Shown here piece after piece: positions 49,913-62,530 of a stretch of DNA of 64,000 nt. Source of the stretch: Squalus acanthias. Its lineage: Eukaryota. Below the pieces are notes generated by a model. It ran no database searches, was not told the origin of the DNA, and worked only from the letters and a program-made list of their open reading frames with translations. Position numbers and translations under genes: made by a program. The first letter of the stretch is position 1, and the number at the start of each line of letters is the position of its first letter. The stretch is taken from contig CM059433.1 in the NCBI GenBank assembly GCA_030390025.1, positions 28,894,001-28,958,000 on the forward strand, in the 5' to 3' direction.

Positions 49913-50300
49913 AACAACAACAACTTGCATTTATATAGCACCTTTAACATAGTAAAAGCATCCCAAGGCTCTTCACAGGAGAGTAATCAAACAAAATTTG
50001 ATACCGCGCCACATAAGGAGATATTAGGACAGGTGACCAAGCTTGGTCAAAGAGGTAGGTTTTCAGGAGCGTCTTAAAGGAGGAAAGAGAGGTAGAGAGG
50101 CGGAGAGGTTTAGGGAGGGAATTCCAGAGCTTAGGGCCTAGGCAGCTGAAGGCACGGTCACCAATGGTGGAGCGATGAAAATCGGGGATGCGCAATAGGC
50201 CAGAACTGGAGCAGCGCAGAGATCTTGGAGGGTTGTAGAGCTGGAGGAGGTTACAGAGATAAGGTGGGGCGAGGCGTTGGAGAGGTTTAAACACAAGGAA
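49913..50300 (-). mobile_element. L2 3' fragment
   Basis: LAPPYLCNLL...RAFSCLGPKLWNSLP; (CAA)n tail. Confidence 0.85.
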
Positions 50301-50894
50301 AACCACTGAAATTAAGATCATTTTCTATCTTTTCCCCCACAAATTGTCCTGTCTCCCTAATCTTATAATATGTTCCAATTATAACATACACCATCAAGTG
50401 TTTCCAATTGTTTTTATTAGCTGTTTAGTATCTGTGTGCATGCATGTCAGTATAAAGTAGCGCTCATCTCAATAACTCCTGCTGGTCGTAATAGCTGACC
50501 TGCTGATTGGTTAGTGCTCAATGTGTCATTGCGTGATCGGTTGGAGGGGCAGACGTGATCTGTTATCTGATTGGTCAAAGGAACTCTACAGGATTGAGTG
50601 TCATTGAGGCTTCTAATTTGACTTCATGCAACCATGCTTCAAGCCAGTGTATCCTGAGTCAACCACAGACACTGCCATGGGAGCTCTACTAGCTATATGA
50701 GACAGATTGCTCAGACAGTAAACCACAAAGGCCCACTGACGTCCACACCTGAATTCCTAATATGCATTCCCACTGGGGACACTAATCGGTAAAATCTATC
50801 CCGCTATTTTCAAAACACCACCCAGTGCTGCTATCAGTAAACTAACAAAAACAAATAATGCAGGCTTTGTTTTTAAATTCATTGATGCACTTGA

Positions 50895-51265
50895 TACAGT
50901 TGCCAACTCTGGTTGGACATATTCCGGGAGGTATCATCACATGACCTCCCGCCTGCCTCCAACTGCCCGCCCCCACACTCCTGCCATTGGTCGCACGACA
51001 CGACCAACCTCACAGCCTTCCCCCACCAATCAGAACATGAACGGACTCTTCATTACCCGAATGGATGATTCTTGACGGTTGATCAAACAGCCTTTCTACC
51101 CATCTTCAATATTTTTATAACTCATAAATGAAAGTGTTCAAAGAAAATTAAAAAAAAAATTTTGACACCCCAATAATTTGTCTCCAGGGTTGCTGGAAGC
51201 AGTGTCCAGGAGATTAATCTTCAATTCCTGGAGACTCCAGGAAAATCCTGGAGGGATGACTACCG
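50895..51265. mobile_element. hAT-type non-autonomous element
   Basis: Matches both halves of 37471-38774 without the MITE. Confidence 0.65.
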
Positions 51266-51339
51266 TAACACTTGGATGTACTTAAACTGTAACAAGTGGT
51301 GAAGGGCTTGCAAGTCAAAAGACAAGTAACATGCTTCAA

Positions 51340-51915
51340 GATCAAGAAGATTGAGGGGTGATCTGATTGAGGTGTTTAAAATGTTAAAAGGATTCGATAG
51401 GGCAGATACCGAGAAACTATGTCCCCTGGTGGGGGAATCAAGAACTGGGGGATATAATCTTAAAATTCGAGCTCGGCCATTTAGGAGGGAAATCAGGAAG
51501 CACATTTTCCACACAAAGGGTAGTAGAAAACTGGAATTCTTTATCCCAAATGGCTGTGGTTGCTTGGGGTCAATTGGGGCTTTCAAGACTGAGATAGATA
51601 GATTTATGTTAGTTAAAGGTATCGAGAGATATGGAGCAAAGGCGGGTAAATGGAGTTGAGGCACAGATCAGCCATGATCTAATTGAATGGAACAGGCAGA
51701 ATGGCCTACTCCTGTTCCTAAGTTCCACATATGCTGTTAAAAGCTTTGTATTTGGACAAGTCCTGTGCCAGCGTTTTATAACTGTTGTCAAGGGAGTGTT
51801 GTCAGGAAAGTAGAGCTGACGCCAAGATCAGATCAGTCATGATCTTATTGAATGGCGGAGCAGGCTCAAGGGGCCGAATGGCCTACTCCTGCTCCTATTT
51901 CTTATGTTCTTATGA
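51340..51915 (+). mobile_element. CR1 3' fragments (two adjacent ends)
   Basis: RGDLIEVFKMLKGFDR...; CR1 3' UTR repeated at about 51780-51915. Confidence 0.8.
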
Positions 51916-52289
51916 GTCCACAGGGTACAAAGACTACTTAAACCTATAGCAGTGGTAGAGGTTAACGCGCATAGAAAAGCTTAAAGTCTCGATGGCTCCA
52001 TTCTAGTGTTAAATTGATTTTCACAAAACATGACTAACATCTCTGAAAACACTTTTCAGCTTGCTGAGGATTTAATTAATATTGGTGAGACCATCAAGAA
52101 AGGGCTGGAAGGTTTGCTGATTGGGAGCAGAGTTAATTGTTTAGTGGGGTCTGTGAGCAGGAGCATTGCATATAAAGTGAAAAGACCTAACAACAAGTGA
52201 AGGCCATTCAATTCACAGTAAGGTAGAAATTACTGTTGACAATGGTATCATGCAAACACTACATATGCCTATATCAAATTCATCTCTTT

Positions 52290-52668
52290 ACTGGCTCAGT
52301 TGGTAGCACTCTCTAAGTCAGAAGGTCGTGGGTTCGTAGTCCCACTTCAGAGACTCGGCACAAAATTTAGGTTGACATTCCAGTCCAGTACCGAGGGAGT
52401 GTTGCACGGTCAGAGGTGCCGTCTGAGACGCTAAACCAAGGCCTCGTCTGCTCTCTCAGCCAGTTGTTGTGATCTGGAATGCACTGCCTGAAAGGGCGGT
52501 GGAAGCAGATTCAATAGTAACTTTCAAAAGGGAATTTGGATAAATACTTGAAAAGGAGAAATTTGCAGAGCTATGGGGGAAAGAGCAGGGGAGTGGGACT
52601 AGCTCTTACAAGCCAATACAGACACGATGGGCCAGATGGCCTCCTTCTATGCTGTATGATTCTATGAA
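52290..52668 (+). mobile_element. Deu-SINE 5' part followed by a CR1 3' fragment
   Basis: TGGCTCAGTTGGTAGC head; CR1 tail (TATGATTC). Confidence 0.7.
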
Positions 52669-53014
52669 AAAAGAGATAGAGAGCAATTTGTTGGAAGTGT
52701 GTTAATCATTGGTATGATAATGCAAACTGGCAATGTTAATGATGTGACTTGCTGTAACTGGAAGTGGTACACACTGAAAGAAGTTATTTTCACTCACATC
52801 TCCAACATCAATATAAACACCAGTGGTCATTCCATTAGATGCGATAATTTTTGTTTTGGATGCCAACAAACTGAGGAGTTGAAACATTTGCATTTGTCCA
52901 GTACAGGAGAGGACTCTGAAAAAATCCTTGCCACGCATGTGCAAGTGTTTAAATGTGGATCCAATGTTGCAGAAAGCATCCAACAATACATATAAAGTAA
53001 TTTTCACTTGTAGC

Positions 53015-53335
53015 TTCCTATCTCTGTAACCTCCTCCTGTCCTACAACCCTCTTCCAACTCTGCTCTCATCCAACTCTGGCCTATTGCGTATTCCCCATT
53101 TCCTTCACCCCACTATTGGCAGCCATGACTTTAGCTGCCTAGGCCCTAAGCTCTAGAATTTCCTCCCTAAACCTCTCTCTCCTCCTTTAAAACGCTCCTT
53201 AAAGCCTACCTCTGTGACCAAGCCGGCCTGAATATCTCCTTATGTGGCTTGGCATCATTTCTTGTCTGATAACACTCCAGTGAAGTGCCTTGGGACATTT
53301 TAACTACACTAAAGGCGCTCTATAAATGCAAATTG
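53015..53335 (+). mobile_element. L2 3' fragment
   Basis: Matches 2410-2740. Confidence 0.75.
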
Positions 53336-54204
53336 CAACTAGCATTGCAGAATCACTTCGAAACACAACTGCAATGTAAATGCAATGTTAGTTGAAGTGA
53401 ATGGTGATCTACTTTACCGAAGAATAGTGTAACTAGAATTACTCCTGAATTCGTTATTGGATTTATTAGTGACTATCTTATATTTATGACATTTATGAGC
53501 TGCTGTTCTATATGTTATTGTACTGATTTTATTAATAGGGGAATGAATGGCTAGAAGGTTTTCCTTTGTGATTTGTTCTGCCAAATTAGAGATTGCAATG
53601 CTGCTAAGCTGCTGTTTATATCACAAGAACTTTAGCAAGTGTTACATCCAGAACTAATGTGAGGTGGATACCTGCTAATTAGACTGGCTGTGAAGACAAG
53701 ACTGTTAATTGAAATGTTTCAATGAATAAATGAAAAAAACTGTGTGTGTGTTACCCAATGTTACACCTGGTCTTCACTATGAACTGTACTTAAATCTTAG
53801 AAAAAGTAATTTCAATGCAATCAGCTGCTTCAGTTATGCAAAAGCACAAGTTCTCTCTGCCTGGTGTATTGTAGCTGTTACCCCGTCTATTTTTATAGGC
53901 CCTAGACTCTTATCTCACATAAACAGCCTGTTGGCAATATGGCCTTTTGCGTGTTGCCCATTTGCAACACAGCTCAAGCATAAGAAACTCTGGGAAGGTG
54001 CTGTACATGGAACTAGCGGCAACAGATAAAGTGTGATATGGGGTTTAATTCAATCAATTTGAACAAGCTAATATTTAGCCGTATGTTAAATGTTGAGTGA
54101 GCACGTGGTACTAATAAACCAAAAATATTCCAAATGAAATATTCCAGGTGATACATATTTTAAATTTGAGAATACATATACTGTAAATTCATTGATCACA
54201 CATA

Positions 54205-55270
54205 TTAGAATCATAGAATCTTAAAACCATACAGCACAGAAGGAGGCCGTTCGGCCTTTGAAAGACCTGTCCAATTAGTCCCACTCCCCCCACTCTTTCC
54301 CCATAGCCCTGCAATTTGTTCCTCTTCAAGAATTTATCTAATTCCCTTTTGAAGGTTACTATTGAATCTGCTTCCCCTGCCCTTTCAGGCAGTGTATTCC
54401 AGATCATAACAATTTGCTGCATAAAAAAAAATTCTCCTCATCTCCCGTCTGTCTCTTTTGTCAATTACCTTAAATCTGTCTCCTCTGGTTACCGACCCTT
54501 CTGCCAGTGGAAACAGTTTCTCCCTATCTACTCTATCAAAATCACTCATAATTTTGAACACCTCTATTTAATCTCCCCTTAACCTTCTCTGTCCTAAGGA
54601 GAACAATTCTTGCTTCTCTAGTCTCACACACATAACTGAAGTCCCCCATCCCTGGTACCATTCTGGTAAATCACCTCTGCACCTTCTCCATGGCCTTGAC
54701 ATCCTTCTTCCAGTGTGGTGCCCAGAATTTGGACACATTATTCCAGCTGAGGCCTAACCAGTGTTTTATAAAGACTGAGCATAACCTCCATGCTTTTGCA
54801 TTCTATTTATAAAGCCAAGGATCTAATATGCATTTTTTAACATCTTTATCAACTTGTCCTGCCACCTTCAAAGATTTGTGTACATAAAATCCCAGATATC
54901 TGTTCCTGCACCCCCTTTAAAATTTTACCATTTAGTAATATTGTCTTTCGGTTTGCATAGAATTTACAGCAGAGAAACAGGCCATTCGGCCCAAGTGGTC
55001 CATGCCGGTGTTTAAGCTCCACACGAGCCTCCTCTCACCCTACTTCATATAACCTTATCTGCATATCCTCCTATAGCTTTCTCCATCATGTACTTATCTA
55101 GATTCCCTTTAATGCATCTATGCTATTCACCTCAATTACTCCGTGTGGTAGCGAGTTCCACATTCTATCCTTTCTTTTCTAGAGAAAAGAGCCCCAGCCT
55201 GTTCAGCCTTTCCTGATAGTTACAACCTCTCAGTTCTTGAATCATCTTTGTAAATCTTATTTGCCCCCCC
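54205..55270 (-). mobile_element. Two adjacent CR1 3' fragments
   Basis: 54205-54945 matches the 36672 family; 54955-55270 matches the 29510 family. Confidence 0.8.
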
Positions 55271-55834
55271 TTCATTTAAACAAGACCACTGCATCTTTAA
55301 AAATGTATTATATTATAAAAATAAAATTACAATTGAAAATAATACACCTAACCAACAGCACCTGACGTCTGATTACTCATTGTTTTGATAGCCGATGCAA
55401 CACTTACAAACAATTGTTCAAAGTAAGCAGTGATGCTTCATGTGGGGTATTGTAGAGTAATAAATGCACTGTTTTTTAAAAATTTTCTTTGATTATTGCC
55501 AGTTCAGTGGCATTGTTCCACTGTGCTTATACTCAAATGTCAAAGATTTGTTCAGAGAAAAAATAATTGCAGCAGTTTCTACTAATCAATTTAGCACTGA
55601 GTGAACAGTAGGTAGCAGGGAATTGACAGAATTAAGGATGGTTTAAGAACAGGGAATTTACATATCTCTCATTCATACATCACTGCAGGATTCTGAAATC
55701 TTAATGACTGTCTTGACTTGTCATGTCCATACACACCCACTACGGAATTAATTGGAGGCAGTAAAATGCTTTAGTTACTGATATTACAGAACTAGCAGTA
55801 ACAGTGGTATACCTGGCGCTTATGTCAATGCAAT

Positions 55835-56610
55835 GGCCCAGAATTTGCTGGAGCGGGACATCTCACGGTGTGCCCTGTGAGTTAAACTTGTTCCCTCACC
55901 CTACAGCTCGAACATGATTTGCCATGTTAGCTGCTGGAAATGTGAGCTGATAACGGCGTGGCGAGGGCAGCGGAGCATCTGCGACCTTGTTGAACAGTGG
56001 GACCAACAGTCTAGCTCCTCAACCAATGAGATTTAAGGATTCAGAAAGAAACCAAGGAATGACGGAGAAGGAAATAGGGTGAATTAGAGTCAAATCAGGG
56101 TCAAATCAGATACAGAAAGAGAAATAAAGAGAAGGAGAGAAAGACTGGATTAAGAGAGAAAGAAAAAAGGAGACAGAAAAGATATGTAAAAAAAAATTTA
56201 ATTTTTAAATTTGATTTTTTTTAAATCTACAACAACAATTCACAACCTGAATGAGTGAGAGTCCACACTTTTATTTGTTCACTTTTTGGGCTAGAGAGGA
56301 TGATTGACAGTCATTAACAATTATCATGTCGTCAAAAGGATACTTACGCTATTAATTACTAGACTTAACTTTCTGCGACGAGCTTAATGGGCAATTAATG
56401 CGCAAATGCAGCAACTTCGTGAAACTCATGGGGAGATTCGGGGGAGCGGCTGTTTTCGCGAGGTTAATGGCGGAGCAGTGCAAATTGTCCAGCAGTTTGT
56501 GGCGATTCGCAACTCACGGGGTATCTCTTCTTCACCACAAGTTGCTGGACGATTTACACAGTAATAACAGCAAGCCTCGTTCACAAATCATTTTTTCATC
56601 AAATTACTTC
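55835..56610. mobile_element. MITE-like element related to the repeat at 24826-24970
   Basis: Shared start TTTGCTGGAGCGGG...GTGAGCTGATAA. Confidence 0.45.
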
Positions 56611-56812
56611 ATTATACGTCACATCTCACACATAGGTTGTGGGTTCAAGTCACACTCCAAAGACGTGAGCACATAATCTAGGTCGATATTCCAGTGCAGT
56701 ACTGAGGGAGTGCTATACTGCCGGAAGTGCAGTCTTCGAGATAAGACGCTAAACCGAGGCCCCGTCTTCCTTTTAAGGTGGACATAAAAGATCCCGTGGC
56801 ACTATTTTGAAG

Positions 56813-59793
56813 CGGTACTGTAGCATAGTGGTTATGTTACTGGACTAGTAATCCAGAGGCCTGGACTAATGATCCAGAGACGTGAGTTCAAATCCCACCA
56901 CGGATTTAAATTCAGTTAACTAAATAAATCTGGAATAAAAAGCGACCAGATTGTTGTAAAAACCCATCTGGTTCACTATTGTCCTTTATGGAAGGAAATC
57001 TGCCATCATTACCTGGTCTGGCCTATATGTGACTCCAGACCCACAGCAATGTGGTTGACTCTTAACTGCCCTCTGAAATGGCCTAGCAAGCCACTCAGTT
57101 GTACCAAACCGCTACGAAACACAATAATAAGAATAAACCCGGCATCGACCTAGGCACGGGCTTTGGACACGATAAAGGCACACCAAGCCCAGTTGACTCC
57201 TGGCAGTCCTTCTCACTAACACCTGGGGACTTGTGCCAATATCTGGAGAGCTGTCCCACAGACTAGTCAAGCAACAGCCTGATGTTGTCATATTCACAGA
57301 ATCATACCATTCAGCCAATGTCCCAGACTCCTCCATCACCATCCCTGGATATGTCCTGTCCCACCAGCAGGACAGACCCACCAGAGGTGGTGGCACAGTG
57401 GTATAGAGTCGGGAGGGAGTGGCCCTGGAAGTACTCAACTTTGACTCTGGACCCCATGAAGTCTCATGGCTTCAGGTCAAACATGGGCAAGAAGCTGGCC
57501 GAGTCCTGCAGGACATAGCTGCCAGACTGGGCCTGCGGCAGCTGGTGAATAAACCAACACGAGGGATCAACCTACTTGACCTCATCCTCACCAATCTACC
57601 TGTCCATGACAGTATTGGTAGCAGTGACCACTGCACAGTCCTTTAGGAGACAAAGTCCTGTCTTCACACTGACGACACCGTCCATCGAGTTGTGTGGCAC
57701 TACCACCATGCTAAATGGGATAGATTCAGCTCAAAACTGGGCATCCATGAGGTGCTGTGGGCCATCAGCAGCAGAATTGTATTCCATCGCAATCTGTAAC
57801 CTCATGGCCGGGCATATCCCTCACTCTACCATTACCATCAAGCCAGGGGACCAACCTTGGTTCAATGAGGAGTGTAGCAGAGTGCGCCAGGCGCACCTAA
57901 AAATAAGGTGCCAACCTGGGGAAACTGCAACAGAGGACTACATGCATGCTAAACAGCGTAGGCAGCATGCTATAGACAGAGCTAAGAGATCCCACAATCA
58001 ACGGATCAGATCAAAGCTCTGCAGTCTGCCAAATCCAGTCGTGAATGGTGGTGGACAATTAAACAACTAACGGGAGGAGGAGGCTCCATGAACATCCCCA
58101 TCCTCAATGATGGCGGAGCCCAGCACGTGAGTGCAAACGACATGGCTGAAGCGTTAGCAACCATCTTCAGCCAGAAGTGCCGAGTGGATGATCCATCTTG
58201 GCCTCCTCCTGAGGTCCCCACTATCACAGAAGCGAGTATTCAACCAATTCGATTCACTCCATGTGATATCAAGAAACAGCTGAGTGCACTGGCTACAGCA
58301 AAGGCTATGGGCCCCGAAAACATCCCAGTTGTCGTGCTGAAGACTTGTGCTCCAGAACTAGCCGCGCCTCTAGCCAAGCTACCCTACAATGTGGAAAACT
58401 GCCCAGGTATGTCCTTTCCACAAAAAGCAGGACAAATCCAATCTGGCTAATTACCGCCCCATCCGTCTACTCTCAATCATCAGCAAAGTGATTGAAGGTG
58501 TCATCAACAGTACTATCAAGCGGCACTTGCTCAGCAATAACCTGTTCTCCGATGCTCAGTTTGGGTTCTGCCAGGACCACTCGGCTCCAGATCTCATTAC
58601 AGCCTTGGTACAAACATGGACAAAACAGCTGAATTCCAGAGGTGAGGTGAGAGTGACTGCCCTTGATATCAAGGCAATATTGGACAGAGTGTGGCATCAA
58701 GGAGCCCTAGTAAAATTGACGTCAATAGGAATCAGGGGGAAAACTCTCCACTGGCCAGAGTCATACCTAGCACAAAGGAGATACTTGTGGTTATTGGAGG
58801 CCAATCAACTCAGCCCCAGAACATCGCTGCAGGAGTTCCTCAGGGCAGTGTCCTGGGCCCAACCATCTTCAGCTGCTTCATCAATGACCTTCCCTCCATC
58901 ATAAAGTCAGGAGTGGGGATGTTCGCTGAGGATTGCACTGTGTTCAGTTCCTTTTGCAACTCCTCAGATAATGAAGCAGTCCATGCCCGCATGCAGCAAG
59001 ACCTGCACGGCATTCAGGCTTGGGCTGATAAGTGTCAAGTAACATTTGCACCACATAAGTGCCAGGCAATGACTATCTCCAACAAGAGAGAGTCTAACCA
59101 CCGCCCCTTGACATTCAACGGCATTACCATTGCCGATTTCCCCAGCATCAACATCCTGGGAGTCATCATTGACCAGAAACTTAACTGGCCCAGCCACATA
59201 AATACTGTGGCTACAAGAGCAGGTCAGAGGCTGGGTATTCTGCAGCGAGTGCCTCACCTCCTGACTCCCCAAAGTCTTTCCACCAGCTACAAGTCACAAG
59301 TCAGGAGTGTGATGGAATACTCTCCACTTGCCTTGATGAGTGCAGCTCCAACAACACTCAAGAAGCTCGACACCATCCAGGACAAAGCAGCCTGCTTAAT
59401 TGGCACCCCATCCACTACCTTAAACATTCACTCCCTCCACCACTGGTACACTGTGACTGCAGTGTGCACCACCTACAAGATGTCAGGCTTGTTGGACAGC
59501 ACCTCCCAAACCCACGATCTCTACCACCTAGAAGGACAAGGGCAGCAGGCCACCTCCAAGTTCCCCTCCAAGTCACACACCATCCTGACTTGGAAATATA
59601 TCGCCGTTCCTTCATCGTCGCTGGGTCAAAATCCTGGAACTCCCTCCTTAACAGCACTGTGGGAGTACCTTCACCACAAGGACTGCAGCGGTTCAAGAAG
59701 GTGGCGCACCACAACCTTGTCAAGGGCAATTCGGGGTGGGCAATAAATGCTGGCCTTGCCAGCAATGCCCACATCCCAGAAACAAATAAAAAA
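56813..59793 (+). mobile_element. Full-length single-ORF APE-RT LINE with tRNA-derived 5' head (decayed copy)
   Basis: A box 56821-56831, B box 56884-56895, about 390-nt leader, APE start LLTNTWGL...QPDVVIFTES near 57200, [13 protein letters not shown]-rich tail. Confidence 0.88.
56815..56903 (+). promoter_or_regulatory. tRNA-Thr(AGT)-like internal Pol III promoter (A and B boxes)
   Basis: TAGCATAGTGG ... CTGGA-CTAGTAA-TCCAG ... GAGTTCAAATCC. Confidence 0.7.
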
Positions 59794-60353
59794 GTAGAGC
59801 AAGAGAGTTCTCTCCGGTGTCCTGGCCAACATTTATCCCTCAACCAACATCACTACAAAACAGATGATCTGGTCATTTTCTCATTGCTGTTTGTGGAGCT
59901 TGCTGTGCGCCAATTGGCTGTCACGTTTCCTACATTACAACAGTGACTACACTTCAAAAGTACTACATTGGCTGTAAAGCGCTTTGGGATGTCCTGAGGT
60001 TGTGAAAAGCGCTATATAAATGCAAGTTATTTCTTTTACTTGACGCTTTTTGTCCTCTTTACTTTCATTGTGTGTGCCACCCAATTCGAAATGAACCCTT
60101 TCAATCAGGAAGATAGGACAATCCAGAAAATATTATGCCCACTGGTATTATCAAAGCTACTTACCGACGGCCAATATGAGTGATAGAAGTGTGACTATTT
60201 CTTTCCACACCAACAATGGAATCATATCTATCCAGCAGGTTGACAATGAACTGATGCCAGTTCGCCAACAAAGGCAACCAAGAGCATACAGGCGGGCCTC
60301 AAGATCTCAAGTGCTCAGCTACTTAAGGTAATGGACTAACTCTGAATTATATA

Positions 60354-61131
60354 GGGGTGGAAATTCCTTTAGGCCTGCTTTGAGACCTGAAATGGGCACC
60401 TCTCACTGAGCACAGGCCCCAAAATTGGGCTTCGGGTCTTGTTAACATTATTTGGGCGAGCTGACAGCACCTTTCGCACCTCCACAGGCCGCTTGCCCAT
60501 TTTATTCGGGTGAATGTTGGGCTGTTCACCTCAATTCGCCAGCAGCGGCCCGAAGGTAAGTCTCTGGGGGAGGGGGCAGGGGGTGGTGGGAGAGCGTCAC
60601 TCCTGCTCCTCCTGGCTCCAGATCAAACTTAAAAACAAAAGCCTACCTTTTTGGTGGTGTCCAATGACGAGGCTGCATCCACACCTGGAAAATCTGAGGA
60701 TCAACAGTTGATCCGCTCAAGAAAATCCAACCTCTCTGAGGGGGTCCTAAGACAAGCCAGAGGTCCCTCATTAACATATGCAAGGGGTCCTAACCAATGT
60801 TCCCATTAAGCTGTGCGGCCGACGGAGGTCCTGCGTAGGCCGATCACCAGCTTTTCCATGGGACATGCGCGAAATTTTGAATGGGCCGCGCAGTCTGTTA
60901 AAGGGACCACAGCCCCCCAGAAAAGTAGGGGGAACATTGGTCCTAATGCCTGTTTTGGGCCTGCCCCCCCCCCCCCCACTCCCCAGATGCCTGAAAAATG
61001 GACCGACCTAATATTGGGTGGCATGTCTTTCAGCCGTTTTTGGGGTGCAGGACATTGGTCCGCAAAATTGGCCCTCATAACACCAATTTTACAAGCATGA
61101 AATGGGTGCAACGAGGTCCAATTTCTACCCC
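60354..61131. mobile_element. PIF/Harbinger-like MITE with ATA TSD, containing a hAT MITE
   Basis: ATA-GGGGTGGAAATT...AATTTCTACCCC-ATA. Confidence 0.65.
60795..60939. mobile_element. hAT-type MITE
   Basis: TIR CAATGTTCCC / GGGAACATTG; TSD GTCCTAAC/GTCCTAAT. Confidence 0.8.
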
Positions 61132-62024
61132 ATAGGATTCAGAATACAGCCATAGAACATTAAAAGCCACTGATTCAATGCATGAAGTGGAAAATACAGT
61201 CAGCACTATGGCTGCTAATAGATTATTTATTATGTTACATAAACATCAGTCTGGTATTGATGTTTTTTGAATCTATTACTTCAGGTAGTCACAAAAAGTG
61301 CAGCCTTCTATTCAAGTAGCTGTTTGATGTTGTGTTCATTGTGTTATTTTCAAACAGTTACTGCAGTGTCATTCATGATCTGGCTGAGTATTGTGGATCA
61401 ACATATCAAGAGCAATCTCAATTATCTTTACACTGTGCATGATAAATAAGACACGTATTATCTTATATTATTCAGAAGCCAAGCTGTACCTAGCCCACAG
61501 TGCATGACAGTGCCAAGGTTGCAAGGAGTAGGAGAGAAGGTGAGATGGAGTCAAAAGCAGCAATATCAAAGGTGAGACTGCATAATGCTACATTCCCACG
61601 AATGGAGCTGCGCTTGCTGGGACTATGGAGCCAGAGAATTAGGGACACACTGCTCTAGCCCCCTCTCCAACCTACGCTCCCTGCTAGCGTAGGCTTCCCT
61701 GTTTGGATTGCAGTGTTGTGGAATCAACCATTAGGCGCTCTCAAGTTTGGGTTTTGATAGCCTGTACATTTGTAGGGCTGATACCCCTACTTGTCACTGC
61801 TGGCAAGGGCTGGCACTGGTCAGGAAATTGCAGGCTCAAGGCCCCTGATTATTCTTTTTTGTCCACTCAAATGCAATTTCCCAACCAGAGCTCCCTTGCA
61901 AGAGGAAAAAAAAATAGACTCATGGAGGTGCAAAAGCCTATAAAACACTTAACCGGTGAATAATTGTGGAATATTTCTCATTGAAACGTGCAATTTTTCA
62001 TCTAATTTACAATAACTTGCCTCT

Positions 62025-62530
62025 ATGGGAGCGTAATCAGTCACAAATTGACACCGAGCCAAAGAAGTAGATATTAGGAGGGGTGACTCCTTGGTCAAAG
62101 AGGCATGATTTAAGGAGGGGCATGAAGAAGGAGAGAGAGGTGGAGAGGTTTAGGAAGGCCATTCCAGAGCTTAGGGCCTAGACACTTAGAAGAATGTTGG
62201 GGCGAAGAGAGTGGAGGATGTGCAAGAGGCTAGAGTTGGAGGAATGCAGAGTTCTTGGAAGGTTGAAGGAGGTTACAGAGATAGGGACTGGCAAGACCAT
62301 GAAGGGATTTGAAAACAAGGATGAGAATTTTAATATCGAGGCATTGCCGGACTGGGAGCCAATGTAGGTCAGCGAGCACAGGGGGGATGGGTGAATGGGA
62401 CTTGGTGCGAGTTAGGACTTGGTGATGGAGAGGATATGGGGTCGGAAGCTTAACTCAAGGTCAAATAGGACGCTGAGGTTGTGAACAGTCTGATTCAGCC
62501 TCAGACATTGCCCAGCGAGGGAGATTAAAT
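62025..62530 (-). mobile_element. L2 fragment
   Basis: Matches 25905-26345; NLSVLFDLELSFRPHI motif. Confidence 0.75.

Larger units (their letters stand above)
56635..60037 (+). mobile_element. Deu-SINE split into 56635-56812 and 59794-60037 by the LINE insertion
   Basis: Left part ends GGCACTATTTTGAAG, right part resumes AGAGCAAGAGAGTTCTC, continuous with the intact copy at 3460-3490. Confidence 0.85.

Noticed and set aside
56815..56903. Functional tRNA-Thr gene
   Set aside because: Extra anticodon-like arm, no proper acceptor stem, no downstream T-run terminator, and embedded in a retroelement.
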